A model generated the notes under the pieces. That model was not told where the DNA came from and did no database searches. It saw only the letters and a program-made list of their open reading frames with translations. Shown here piece after piece: positions 28,636 to 38,776 of a stretch of 64,000 nt of DNA. Origin of the DNA: Cenarchaeum sp. (GTDB lineage Archaea; Thermoproteota; Nitrososphaeria; Nitrososphaerales; Nitrosopumilaceae). A program made the position numbers and the translations under genes. The stretch spans positions 1,760,001 through 1,824,000 of the forward strand of contig OY843768.1 in the NCBI GenBank assembly GCA_963693095.2. The letters are read 5' to 3'. The first letter of the stretch is position 1. Every line of letters begins with the position of its first letter.

Positions 28636-30185
28636 TGCTGCGCGTGCGCTCCTTGCGAGTACTGATCAAGCTTGCGCCGTCAGTCATCGCGCTACGCTCT
28701 GATCGCAAAAAATGGCTAAAAAAGGAGAACACCGAGTCAGACATGGAGCGCTATCGCCGCAATGCGCAGCGTGTCCTCGACGCGTTCATCGACCTCGGGC
28801 CTGTCTACATAAAGCTCGGCCAGTGGCTCTCGGCGCGCGCTGACATACTGCCAAAGCCGTACATGGACGTCCTCTCGCGCCTCCAGGACGACGTGCCGGC
28901 CGCGCCGTTCAGCGAGGTTCTCCCCGAGATCGAGCGCGAGCTCGGGCCAGTTGACGAGGCCTTTGATGAGATATCTCATGAGGCGATCTCGGGCGCGTCC
29001 CTTGGCCAGGTGTACCGCGCGCGCCTGCGAGGCCAGGACGTAGTCGTAAAGGTTCGCCGGCCGGGAATAGAGCGTGCCGTGCGCGAGGACCTTCGCGACG
29101 TAAAGGCGCTCCTTCCGGCCGCACTGCGCTTTATCAACTCAAACCTGGGCATCACCGTAAAGGCAATGTTTGCGCAGTTTGTCGAGACGATACACGAGGA
29201 GATGGACTATGGCGTCGAGCTCGAGAACCTGCGCTCAATACGCAAGAGCCTGGCCCACAGCCGCGGCGTAATCATGCCCGCCGTCCACGAGGACCGCTCA
29301 ACGAGCGCAATACTGACAATGGAGTACATACCGGGCACAAAGGTGACTGATATCGAGGCCCTTGAGGCCATGGGCATAGACCGCGAGAGGCTAGTCATAG
29401 ACATACACAAGCTCTTCTTTCTCATGCTCCTGCGCCACCCCGTCTTTCACGCCGACCCGCACCCCGGCAACCTCTCTGTGGCGCCAGACGGGCGGATTAT
29501 ACTATATGACTATGGCATGGTGGGCCGGCTAGATGACGAGACGCGCCTTAGGCTCATACGCCTCTATGCGGCCCTCTCTGACAAGAACGCCGCGCGCGCA
29601 GTGACGGCAATGGACGACCTCGGCATGCTCGTTCCTGACTATAACCGCCGCGTCATCGAGCAGGCCATAGCGCTGAGCATCAGGTCGATGCATGGCCGGC
29701 GCGCAAGCGAGCTAGAGGTCAACATACTCGTCGACCTTGTCAACCGCACAATGGGCAACTTTCCGTTTCTCCTGCCAAAGCACCTGTCACTCTACATGAG
29801 AATGGCGACGCTCCTTGAGGGCATCTACAAGACGCATGGCGTAAAGTTTACGTTCATGGCGGTCCTCAAGGAGATACTAGAGGAGGAGCACATGCTCGAG
29901 GAGGCATACGTCTCGGAGGTGCGCTCAGGAATCGCGCGCCTCATCACATCTGTTGGCGATGTCGTCGAGCTCGCCCCAGAGATGCGGCGCTTTCTTGATG
30001 ACGCAAAGTCCGAGCGCGCCCGGCCCGCGCGATCCGGAACGCTATTGCCGGGCAGCATCCTGGCAGCATCAACGTTTATCGGCTCTGCGGTGATATATGC
30101 GTCTGGCTCGGCTGCTGCCGGCGCAGTTGGAATGATGGCATCGATTGGAATAATTGCCGCATTTGTCCTGCTCGGACGGCGCTAG
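28632..30185 (+). CDS. AarF/ABC1/UbiB kinase family protein
   Basis: LGPVYIKLGQ, ASLGQVY, HADPHPGN, DYGM. Confidence 0.93.
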   Translation: MMLRVRSLRVLIKLAPSVIALRSDRKKWLKKENTESDMERYRRNAQRVLDAFIDLGPVYIKLGQWLSARADILPKPYMDVLSRLQDDVPAAPFSEVLPEIERELGPVDEAFDEISHEAISGASLGQVYRARLRGQDVVVKVRRPGIERAVREDLRDVKALLPAALRFINSNLGITVKAMFAQFVETIHEEMDYGVELENLRSIRKSLAHSRGVIMPAVHEDRSTSAILTMEYIPGTKVTDIEALEAMGIDRERLVIDIHKLFFLMLLRHPVFHADPHPGNLSVAPDGRIILYDYGMVGRLDDETRLRLIRLYAALSDKNAARAVTAMDDLGMLVPDYNRRVIEQAIALSIRSMHGRRASELEVNILVDLVNRTMGNFPFLLPKHLSLYMRMATLLEGIYKTHGVKFTFMAVLKEILEEEHMLEEAYVSEVRSGIARLITSVGDVVELAPEMRRFLDDAKSERARPARSGTLLPGSILAASTFIGSAVIYASGSAAAGAVGMMASIGIIAAFVLLGRR

Positions 30186-30186
30186 C

Positions 30187-30579
30187 CTACTGTACCGGTA
30201 TGCTCGTCCCGCGCCGCTCGCGCGGAACGGTGACAGTCAGGACGCCGTCCTCACAGCGCGCCGAGCTGACCGACTCGGCAATGTCTTCTGCCCCTAGCGG
30301 GAGGCGTATCCTCTTGTCGACTAGGAGCGGCCTCTGCGCGCAGACAATGTCATTATCTTCGCCCTCGGGCCGTTCGCGCCGTGCGCGCACGATCAGCGCG
30401 TTGCCATCAAGCCTCACGTCGATCGCGTCCTTTGGAAAGCCCGGCACGTCGACTGTGACGGTGATCTCGTGGCCCGACATGTGAATGTCAACGGCCGGCA
30501 GGACAAACTCGTAGAACTCGCGTGTCTTTGACCCAATCTCGCGCGAGACCTCGCGTGCGACCGTGTCCGTCATTCCCAT
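30187..30579 (-). CDS. Small heat-shock protein (Hsp20)
   Basis: PAVDI, DVPGF, A..EDGVLTV. Confidence 0.88.
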   Translation of the reverse strand: MGMTDTVAREVSREIGSKTREFYEFVLPAVDIHMSGHEITVTVDVPGFPKDAIDVRLDGNALIVRARRERPEGEDNDIVCAQRPLLVDKRIRLPLGAEDIAESVSSARCEDGVLTVTVPRERRGTSIPVQ

Positions 30580-30873
30580 GGGGGCAGGTGCCGGCCAATT
30601 TGGTTATAAATCCTTCGTCATGTAGCGTGGTGCTCCCTGCATAGCGCATATTAAGCACCACGTATTCGTCCTGTGACAGAATGGACGCTAGCAGTTCGGC
30701 ACGTAGCAACATTAGAATCTCCTGCCTCGTGAATTCTTCGCCGTTTAGTCATCGATCAATGAGGTATATTGTTGTAAGGCGTGGAGTAGTGGCCTGCGTT
30801 GTCCGTCGTTCTTACTATGCTGTAAATTATGATGGTGTTTGTTATGCTACATACGCGTTTGGGAGCTTAGATC

Positions 30874-31227
30874 TTGACAAACAATAATAACTCCCCACTT
30901 TCTAGGCCCCCCGCCGCAACGCCGCAACGCCGCAACGCCGCAACGCCGCAACGCCGCAACGCCGCAACGCCGCAACGCCGCAACGCCGCAACGCCGCAAC
31001 GCCGCAACGCCGCAACGCCGCAACGCCGCAACGCCGCAACGCCGCAAATAACAAATAAAGATCTCCGACTCATTGAAGATGTTTTTACAACCGTCGGTCG
31101 CCCTCTTTATATTGCACCAACAAACTATTTCACTAACCTTGATGAGATTATTCAGATTTTAATACGACGTAATCGCCTGCGGCGTGTTTCTCCAAACACA
31201 TACGTGATAAATGATTGCCATGTCTGA
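30874..31227 (+). CDS. Small ORF containing the microsatellite; C-terminal part winged-helix-like
   Basis: TTG start, open through 17 repeats; C-terminus LIRRNRLRRVSPNTYVI; stop overlaps ATG 31220. Confidence 0.4.
   Translation: MTNNNNSPLSRPPAATPQRRNAATPQRRNAATPQRRNAATPQRRNAATPQRRNAATPQITNKDLRLIEDVFTTVGRPLYIAPTNYFTNLDEIIQILIRRNRLRRVSPNTYVINDCHV
30912..31047. repeat. Perfect microsatellite (CGCCGCAA)17
   Basis: 136 bp = 17 x 8 bp, read directly. Confidence 0.98.
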
Positions 31228-31255
31228 TCGAGCGTTTGAAGATAAAGTAAACATA

Positions 31256-32360
31256 TACTCACGAGCTAAAGTTCGTATAGATGATCAAGTTTCCCCGACC
31301 CCGCAGCTATATTGATCGCCCCCTCCCGCGCCAGGGCATGGACGACCGGAAGCGGGAGGAGCTGAGGGACGCGCACCACAGCGAGAAGAGCGGGCACGTG
31401 AGGGACAGGATTCTCGCCGTGCACTGCGTGGTCAACATGGGCATGACGCACGAGGACACGGCGGACACGCTGATGCGGTGCCCGGGGTGGGTCGGCAAGT
31501 GGGTCGCGCGGTACCGGGAGGGCGGGCTTCCAGCCCTCCGCGACCTCCCGCGCTCCGGGAGGCCGCTGGCCGTGCCGCGAACGGCGCTCGACGGGATCCT
31601 CGCCGACGCGTCGGGATCCCCCACGACCCCGGCCGCGGTCCGCGACAGGATCGCCGGGGCGGCGGGGACACTGTTCCACATAGCCAGCGTGAGGAGGCTC
31701 ATGCGCGAGTTCGGCCTCTCGCGCAAGAGGCCGCGAAAGGCCCACGTCAACAGGGCGAGCGCGTCCGCCGTCCGCAGCTGGCAGCGGCGCCTTGCGGGGG
31801 CGGCGCCACGCCTGGCGCGCGCGGGATACACGATGCTGGTGCAGGACGAGTCGATCATCGTGAACGACGCCGGGGGCATGGCGACGCACTGGACGCCGCG
31901 CACGGTGCCCGTCTACGAGCCGTACACCGGGAGCCACGAGCGGATCGTCGTGTACGGGGCGATCGCCGAGGACGGGCGGCAGGCGTTCCGGACGCGCGAC
32001 AAGTTCAACGCGGACACGTTCGCGCAGTACCTTGCGGAGCTGCACGGGAAGTTCGGCAAGATCGCCGTCATCGTCGACAGGGCTCCCCAGCACCGCGCGG
32101 GGGCGGTCAAGGACCTGCTGCGCGCCAACGGCGAGATCAAGCTCATCGAGCTGCCGGTGGGATCCCCGCAGCTAAGCGCCATCGAGGGGACGTGGCGCAT
32201 ACTCAAGAGGGACGTCAGGGTCCCGGGGCAACCACGAACCCTGGACGAGCTGAGGATCGCGGTCGGCGAGTACCTCAGGACCAAGCGGTTCAACCTGAAC
32301 ATCTACGCATACCTGAACAGGAAGGTCGTGGAAGGTCACACGAACTTTAGCTCGTGAGTA
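31256..32360 (+). mobile_element. IS630-family insertion sequence, type B (1105 bp)
   Basis: Perfect 21-bp IR TACTCACGAGCTAAAGTTCGT; flanking TA duplication. Confidence 0.95.
31281..32357 (+). CDS. IS630 transposase
   Basis: RSGRP, QDES, VDRAPQH, SPQLSAIEGTW; true start probably ATG 31338. Confidence 0.93.
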   Translation: MIKFPRPRSYIDRPLPRQGMDDRKREELRDAHHSEKSGHVRDRILAVHCVVNMGMTHEDTADTLMRCPGWVGKWVARYREGGLPALRDLPRSGRPLAVPRTALDGILADASGSPTTPAAVRDRIAGAAGTLFHIASVRRLMREFGLSRKRPRKAHVNRASASAVRSWQRRLAGAAPRLARAGYTMLVQDESIIVNDAGGMATHWTPRTVPVYEPYTGSHERIVVYGAIAEDGRQAFRTRDKFNADTFAQYLAELHGKFGKIAVIVDRAPQHRAGAVKDLLRANGEIKLIELPVGSPQLSAIEGTWRILKRDVRVPGQPRTLDELRIAVGEYLRTKRFNLNIYAYLNRKVVEGHTNFSS

Positions 32361-35300
32361 TAGTCCTGGAAAGCTTATTGAACGAAAAGTTTGGCAACAA
32401 TGTCTGGATCGCAGAAATTACTCAAAAAAACTCCCAGACACACTCCAAAAGATCACGCCCTGATCTCATTGGCTATATTGATGGAATCAAAATAGTGATA
32501 GAATGTTCTTATGACAAGCTTGATGCCCAGCGTGATGCTCGAAAAAGAATTAAATATGCTGATATTGTTGTCGCACTACATTATCCAAAAATTATTGCGG
32601 GAGGAACACTGAAAATTAAATCTCAATTACAAAAATCTAGTTTTTTCATCAAGATTATTCGTCCATATAGTTCTACTAATGATGATTGGTTTGCTGTTAC
32701 ATTAGGCGATCTGGAAACTTCATTGTTTAATTTATCATCTGATTTTTTGAAAAATGTAGATCAATTTGTAACCCTCATACAACATGGAGCACATGATTTT
32801 GCTTGTCATTTATTGGCTTCTGATAGTAAATTAATCTTGTCGGGCAAAATTCTAAATTTGTTTTATCGACATCTCGGACAAGGTGATTGGCCAGTAGATG
32901 AAACATCTGACGAACTGATTATATATAAGCAAGCTTACCTTTCAATTGTTCTTTCTGCACTATTTTATCAAACTGTCAAACCAAATTATGATATTCTAAA
33001 ACCATTAGAATCTGATCACACGAGTCTTCGCAAATCGATAATTACCCAATTTCAAAATATGATCAATAACATTAATTATGAACCTGTGTTTTATGTTGCA
33101 ATTCAGGTTCTTAATATTCTCCCTGATACTAAAATTCTTTTTGAAAAGATACTTGATACCGTTTCACAAATCATTGAAAATCCGGCAGTACTTCACAAGG
33201 ATCTGGCAGGACGGTTATATCATCAAATTGTCGGAGATAAAAAAATCATGAAGGGTCTTGCTACATATTTCACACAAATACCTTCGTCATATTTACTTGC
33301 ACGATTGGCAATAACTGATAACCAGCTCGCTAACGGCATTCCGATCAACACTTCTGTTGTTGATTTTGCGTGTGGTAGTGGTACATTACTCATGGCAGCA
33401 TATTCAGCTTTGGCAGATCTGCATCGCTCAACTTCTAATTTATCTCCTCGGGTTTTTCACAAGAAAATTTTAGAATCTAATTTGCATGGCTATGATGTCC
33501 TTCGTTACGCTCTGCAAATTACTGCATTAAATCTTTTATTGAGACAACCATCTGAGCCAGTTGCTCAGCTCCATTTAACTGCAGCTCCGTTAAGCGGATC
33601 AGGTGATGGAAGACTGGGTTCTTTAGAACTTTTATCAAAAGCAGCTGATCTTACTGCATTTTTACCTTATGATCCTCGGGTTAAAGGCACTGATGTTGTT
33701 TTTGGTAAAAGTGACTCATCTAAAACCATCACACCTGCGAACGATCTAAGTAGTTTGATGGATTTGCGCGCGTATGATATTTCTTCTGATTGGAATTCAA
33801 TAGTTAACCGTGAAACAACACGTATAATTTCTACTCTTGAATCATGCTATGACAATTCAAATGAATTCAAGTTATTCTACAACACACTTTCTTTCATAAT
33901 CCCATTTTTGTACAAAAATCGTCTGACTCAACCAACCATGAAAATGTTATATGATCTTTTTGATAGCTTACATTTGGAAACTACTTCTAAATTAAAAGAT
34001 ATAATTGGTGCTAAAAATACAACGATGATCATTCCACAGATCAAAGCTATCCCAAAGTCTGCTTTACAACGTCTTGCTGACATGATATTACCTTATGCTA
34101 TTCCACAACAACTTGATCCTAGAACAAAATTTGATTTAGTAATCATGAATCCTCCATTTACACGTGCGAGTCGTGGCGGCGCTGCTGGAAATACCATCTT
34201 TGGCTTTACCGGTGACAATGCTACCACATTAGATGCTCGATTTACACAGCTTATGCAAGATCTTACATTGACTCATCCCATTAATTCTTCTAAATTGCCT
34301 AATGGTACTCCCAATTCACATAACAGTTCTGCATTGGCAGGTTTGGGAGTCGCGTTCATTCATCTCGCCGTACAACGTGTTAAACCCAATGGCCGTATTG
34401 CATTTGTTGTACCGCGGGGATTAATTCAGGGTTCTACATGGACTGATGTTAGGCAATTACTCTTAAACACATGTCATATAGAATACATTATAAGTCGTAT
34501 GGATGGAACCGGATATGTCAATTTTTCAGAATCTACTGATCTTAGTGAAATTATGTTTGTCGCTAAAAGATTTAATGGTAATGAATCCACATCAAATATT
34601 GCAAAACGCAAGACTAAATTTTGTATATTGAAAACACCACTTATATCAATTTTAGATGCAATACGATTCACAGCTAAAATTCAAAAGTGTTTCTCTGATG
34701 ATGATGTAGATATCACAGAAGTCTGTCATTCTAATTTACAATCACATATTAACAATTGGGGACGCTATGCAATTTTTCTTAACTCTCCCTACCCGAACAT
34801 ATTAAATCGTATAGAAAAAGGAAATATTTGTTTTAATATTAAACTTCATATGTCTTCAATCGGTGATCAATGTACTATAGGGGTTGTATCTAGGAGATTC
34901 ACAGATTCACTTAAACGTGGTTCCGGTTCTTATCCTGTAGTGTGGGGCGGCGGTGAGGGTGCTAGGAGTACTATTAATGTACAATCTAATGAAGTTTGTC
35001 ATGCAATTACATCGAACGGAACTAAAATTCTAAAACGCAACCCTGCTAATTTACTACTTCCTGATAGAATATGGCTTGACACAATACACACATTTGCTTT
35101 ATGGTGTGATGAAAAAGTCCTATCTAATACTTTTTTTGCTATAAATTTAAACACATATGAAAACAACTCGTCTATTCATAAAGCGTTGTGCGTGTGGCTC
35201 AATTCTATTTGGGGAATTGTTAGTATACTGGGACATCAAACAATCACTCGTGGAAAATGGTCTCGTTTATCGATATCTCGATGGCGTATGTTGCTAATCC

Positions 35301-35605
35301 CTAACATGTCTCATCTTCCTTCTGATGTAATTAATTCTTTAGCATTATTGATGGATAAATACAAGTATAAAGACTTTGGAAGATTTCCTATTCAGTTTTC
35401 TAAAAATTCTATACGTGAAAAATTTGACTATGAAATTTTGAAAATTCTTGTTGATCATATGAATATGCCCAATGATGTTTGTCAACCTGATCCAGACGTA
35501 TTGTTAAATGAAATTCATAAACTATATGAGATGCTCAACACGACGTTTGATGCGCTCAGCAAACAACCTGATTCGGATTCTATGCTGGATAATACTGAAA
35601 CTTAG
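32354..35605 (+). CDS. Remaining 1083-codon type IIG R-M reading frame (GTG supplied by the IS end)
   Basis: Uninterrupted AT-rich ORF with MTase motifs; GTGA overlap with the transposase stop. Confidence 0.75.
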   Translation: MSIVLESLLNEKFGNNVWIAEITQKNSQTHSKRSRPDLIGYIDGIKIVIECSYDKLDAQRDARKRIKYADIVVALHYPKIIAGGTLKIKSQLQKSSFFIKIIRPYSSTNDDWFAVTLGDLETSLFNLSSDFLKNVDQFVTLIQHGAHDFACHLLASDSKLILSGKILNLFYRHLGQGDWPVDETSDELIIYKQAYLSIVLSALFYQTVKPNYDILKPLESDHTSLRKSIITQFQNMINNINYEPVFYVAIQVLNILPDTKILFEKILDTVSQIIENPAVLHKDLAGRLYHQIVGDKKIMKGLATYFTQIPSSYLLARLAITDNQLANGIPINTSVVDFACGSGTLLMAAYSALADLHRSTSNLSPRVFHKKILESNLHGYDVLRYALQITALNLLLRQPSEPVAQLHLTAAPLSGSGDGRLGSLELLSKAADLTAFLPYDPRVKGTDVVFGKSDSSKTITPANDLSSLMDLRAYDISSDWNSIVNRETTRIISTLESCYDNSNEFKLFYNTLSFIIPFLYKNRLTQPTMKMLYDLFDSLHLETTSKLKDIIGAKNTTMIIPQIKAIPKSALQRLADMILPYAIPQQLDPRTKFDLVIMNPPFTRASRGGAAGNTIFGFTGDNATTLDARFTQLMQDLTLTHPINSSKLPNGTPNSHNSSALAGLGVAFIHLAVQRVKPNGRIAFVVPRGLIQGSTWTDVRQLLLNTCHIEYIISRMDGTGYVNFSESTDLSEIMFVAKRFNGNESTSNIAKRKTKFCILKTPLISILDAIRFTAKIQKCFSDDDVDITEVCHSNLQSHINNWGRYAIFLNSPYPNILNRIEKGNICFNIKLHMSSIGDQCTIGVVSRRFTDSLKRGSGSYPVVWGGGEGARSTINVQSNEVCHAITSNGTKILKRNPANLLLPDRIWLDTIHTFALWCDEKVLSNTFFAINLNTYENNSSIHKALCVWLNSIWGIVSILGHQTITRGKWSRLSISRWRMLLIPNMSHLPSDVINSLALLMDKYKYKDFGRFPIQFSKNSIREKFDYEILKILVDHMNMPNDVCQPDPDVLLNEIHKLYEMLNTTFDALSKQPDSDSMLDNTET

Positions 35606-35891
35606 TCTTTTTTATGACACTCTAATCATTTCCAGTTTATTCGTCTTATTTTACCTAATATTCTGTGGTATGCTCCATTCAGCATGTTGTTCTTGGAGCT
35701 TCATTCATTACCGTTTATTTACTTTATCTGTACCTGGCGATATGAGGTCAGCATCACTGCCCGCTCATGTTCATCTAGCCATCACCGTATCGAGCCGATC
35801 AGCAGGATCCACGCCTATTTGATCAAATGGACAGCAAGGTGCTGGCCTCATACGCCTAGTGCTGCGTGATTCCACACCATTTTAATCGCCC

Positions 35892-36491
35892 ATGGTGGGC
35901 CGCCCCGTCGTGATAGTCACAATCGAGGGCGCAGACCAGGCAGGCAAGGGGACACAGGCCTCAATGCTCGCGCGCGCCCTGCGCAGGCGCGGCACGGGAT
36001 GTGCGCTCTTTAGCCTGCCTGACTATACGACCCCCGTGGGCCGCGTTCTTGCCGGCCTCCTTGCCGGCCGGCGCGACATGCGCCCGCAGCTCGTCCACAC
36101 GCTCATGGCGGCCAACCGCTGGGAGATCCTCCCCAGGATGGAGCGCGCCCTAGAGTCTGGCCGGACCGTCATAATGGACCGCTATTACCACTCCAATGTC
36201 GCCTATGGCATGGCCAACGGCCTGCGCCGCGCGTGGCTCGAGTCCCTTGATGCCGGCCTTCCGAGAAGCGACATCGTCATACTCCTCGACTCGCACCACG
36301 CCGAGTCGTTTCGCCGCAAGTCGACCAACCGCGACCGCTTTGAGCGCGATGCGGTCTTTCTCGGCAAGGTCTCGCGCATATATCGCCAGATGGCCCGCCG
36401 CGGCCGCTGGCCAACGCTTGACGCAACTGCGCCGCGCGAGGAGATTCACGCGCGCATAATGGAGATCGTCTCGCGGAGGATGCGCACATGA
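35892..36491 (+). CDS. tmk: Thymidylate kinase
   Basis: IEGADQAGKGTQ, ANRWE, MDRYYHS. Confidence 0.92.
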   Translation: MVGRPVVIVTIEGADQAGKGTQASMLARALRRRGTGCALFSLPDYTTPVGRVLAGLLAGRRDMRPQLVHTLMAANRWEILPRMERALESGRTVIMDRYYHSNVAYGMANGLRRAWLESLDAGLPRSDIVILLDSHHAESFRRKSTNRDRFERDAVFLGKVSRIYRQMARRGRWPTLDATAPREEIHARIMEIVSRRMRT

Positions 36492-37723
36492 TCACCGAGA
36501 TCATCGACCCAATCCACGGGTTTATCGAGGCGAGTCCTACGGAGATGCGCCTCATCGACGATCCCTCATTTCAGCGCCTTCGCCGGATAAACCAGCTCGC
36601 CGGTGCGCACCTTGTCTATCCGGGCGCACGCCACGCGAGATTCGAGCACTCACTAGGCGCGATGCACATATCGGGCATGGCCGCCACGTCGCTAAAGAAC
36701 CGCTCACAGATCACCGAGTCACAAGGCAGCGCGCTTCGCCTCGCCGGACTGATCCACGACATTGGCCACGGGCCGTTCTCGCACCTCTTTGAGTCAGTCA
36801 TGCGCCGGCACCGTGGACTCGGCGGCGCGTCACACGAGCAGATTGGACGGCGAATACTAGAGGAGACCTCACTCGGCGACGCGCTGGGCCGCACGCGCCG
36901 CCGTGTCGCGGATCTCGCCTTTGGCGGCACAGCGCCCTCGGCCCTCCCAGAGATAATCTCTGGTGTCATGGGGACCGACACGATGGACTATCTCTTGCGC
37001 GACGGCCACTTCACGGGCTCCGAGCACGCGCGCGTCGACCACCGCCGCCTCGTCGCCTCACTTGAGAGGCTCGGTGACAGGATGGGCCTTGCGCGCTCGG
37101 CCCTCCACTCCTTTGAGTCAATGATGCACTCACGCCGCCAAATGTTCCGGACCGTCTACTTTCACCGCGCTGTCCGCGCCGCACAGTCGATGATGCTGCG
37201 CGCCTTTGACCTGGCCGCCGGCGAGCTCGGCCTCTCCTCGCTCACGCTAGAGGAGTATGTGGGCCTGACTGACGAGTCGACCATGGCGCTCCTCACGACG
37301 ATGCGCCCCTCCACGCCGGCGATCCGCGACGCGCAGCGCCTTGCCTTTGAGTACGCCTCGCGCATACTCCCAAAGTGCGTCCTAGACGTGCCCCTTGAGG
37401 ATCGCGCCCCGGACACCGCCCAGATGGGCTCAGAGATAGCCGAGCGCGCCGGCGTCGCCGAAAATGCCGTCCTAGTCGACGTGACAGGCGTCTCCTCGAT
37501 GCCGCTAGGGGCCGGCGGGCGCTCGATGAGGCACATCACGCTCGTCTCATCAGGCTCGCGTGGAACGAGGACTGCCGAGGACGTGCCGTTCTCGCGACTC
37601 CCGCTGCTCGCCGCGCTCCTCGGCTCGATGGGGACGCTGCGCGTCTATGCGAGGAGCAACACAAAAAAGGTCGCCGCAGCCGCCACCGCATCACACAGAA
37701 AATGGCAAGGAGAAAGCGCATAG
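36488..37723 (+). CDS. HD-domain phosphohydrolase (dNTPase/SAMHD1-like)
   Basis: DPIHG, FQRLRRINQL, RFEHSLG, HDIGHGPFSH, MDYLLRD. Confidence 0.92.
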   Translation: MITEIIDPIHGFIEASPTEMRLIDDPSFQRLRRINQLAGAHLVYPGARHARFEHSLGAMHISGMAATSLKNRSQITESQGSALRLAGLIHDIGHGPFSHLFESVMRRHRGLGGASHEQIGRRILEETSLGDALGRTRRRVADLAFGGTAPSALPEIISGVMGTDTMDYLLRDGHFTGSEHARVDHRRLVASLERLGDRMGLARSALHSFESMMHSRRQMFRTVYFHRAVRAAQSMMLRAFDLAAGELGLSSLTLEEYVGLTDESTMALLTTMRPSTPAIRDAQRLAFEYASRILPKCVLDVPLEDRAPDTAQMGSEIAERAGVAENAVLVDVTGVSSMPLGAGGRSMRHITLVSSGSRGTRTAEDVPFSRLPLLAALLGSMGTLRVYARSNTKKVAAAATASHRKWQGESA

Positions 37724-38460
37724 TCATAAAGCTCTCGGGGAGCTCGTTTGCGCCTGAGGCCATCGGGCGCCTAAAGGACCATGCCGCCGTCCTCCTCGCC
37801 GCGTCTGCCTCGTGCCAGCCCATAGTCGTCGCCGGAGGTGGGGCGATCGCGCGGACCTACATATCGCATGCGCGGGCCGCAGGGGCCGACGAGTCGACGC
37901 TAGACGAGCTCGGAATCGACATATCGAGGCTCAACGCGCGCCTCCTCATACACCCCCTCGGGCGCCACGCGCACGCGCACCCGCCAGAGACGCTGCGCGA
38001 GGCCGAGCGAGCCGCCGACACGGGCAAGATCATAGTGGCCGGCGGGCTCTATCCGGGCCAGAGCACCAACGGGACGGCTGCGCTCATCGCCGAGCGTCTC
38101 AGGGCTGACGAGTTCATCAACGCAACTGACGTTGACGCAATATATGACAGCGACCCAAACAAGAACAGCGGCGCAAAAAAGCTCTCGCGAATAGCTATCG
38201 CCGACCTGCGCTCCATGCTCGTCCATGAGGGCTCGATGGCCGGCGGTTATGACCTCATGGACATTATCGCGCTAAAGGTCATCGAGCGCTCGCGCATACG
38301 GACGCGCGTCATACGCTCCGAGCCAAAAACGATAGCAGCAGCCCTTGGGGGACGGCGCACTGGAACCGAGATCATTCACGAAGCGTTGGATAGCGGTCGT
38401 TCCAAATCTCGACGTGCGAGCCGGCAAACTCGGGCATCCCGGACTCGACGAGCTTCCTGA
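37702..38460 (+). CDS. pyrH: UMP kinase
   Basis: IKLSGS, GGGAIAR, PGQSTN, TDVD..YDSDP. Confidence 0.93.
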   Translation: MARRKRIVIKLSGSSFAPEAIGRLKDHAAVLLAASASCQPIVVAGGGAIARTYISHARAAGADESTLDELGIDISRLNARLLIHPLGRHAHAHPPETLREAERAADTGKIIVAGGLYPGQSTNGTAALIAERLRADEFINATDVDAIYDSDPNKNSGAKKLSRIAIADLRSMLVHEGSMAGGYDLMDIIALKVIERSRIRTRVIRSEPKTIAAALGGRRTGTEIIHEALDSGRSKSRRASRQTRASRTRRAS

Positions 38461-38716
38461 ATATCGACATTGCCTCCTCGCGCTCTAGCGCGCGCGACTG
38501 GGCCTTTGTGAATCCGTCAGCATCAACTATTATCGCAACGTGGCCGTCTGGCGAGCGTATCGCCGAGGCGAGCTCCTCCTCGCCGACGGGGACAAACGTG
38601 CCGTTGACCTTTTTTGTCGTGAGCGTCAGCATCGAAAAGCCCGCAATGTCAAACAGGCGCATCTGTGATTTTGACGCGCGCCGCTTTCCCTCCCTGACTG
38701 CCTCAAAGTACTGCAC
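38372..38716 (-). CDS. Hypothetical protein
   Basis: Host-like codon usage; TATA-like TTATTAT ~25 nt upstream of GTG 38716; start uncertain. Confidence 0.6.
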   Translation of the reverse strand: MQYFEAVREGKRRASKSQMRLFDIAGFSMLTLTTKKVNGTFVPVGEEELASAIRSPDGHVAIIVDADGFTKAQSRALEREEAMSIFRKLVESGMPEFAGSHVEIWNDRYPTLRE

Positions 38717-38776
38717 TGTGACACGCCGCGCACACGTGCGCAAATAATAAGCAATGCATGCAGGCGCGAACCTTGG

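Larger units (their letters stand above)
31220..35605 (+). pseudogene. Type IIG fused restriction endonuclease-N6 methyltransferase, interrupted by IS630 after codon 12
   Basis: RPDL..IVIECS nuclease motif, VDFACGSGTLL (motif I), NPPF (motif IV). 31220-31255 (MSDRAFEDKVNI) joins in frame to 32363 (VLESLL). Confidence 0.85.

Noticed and set aside
30847-31073. Minus-strand RRCGVAAL repeat ORFs
   Set aside because: Simple translations of the microsatellite.
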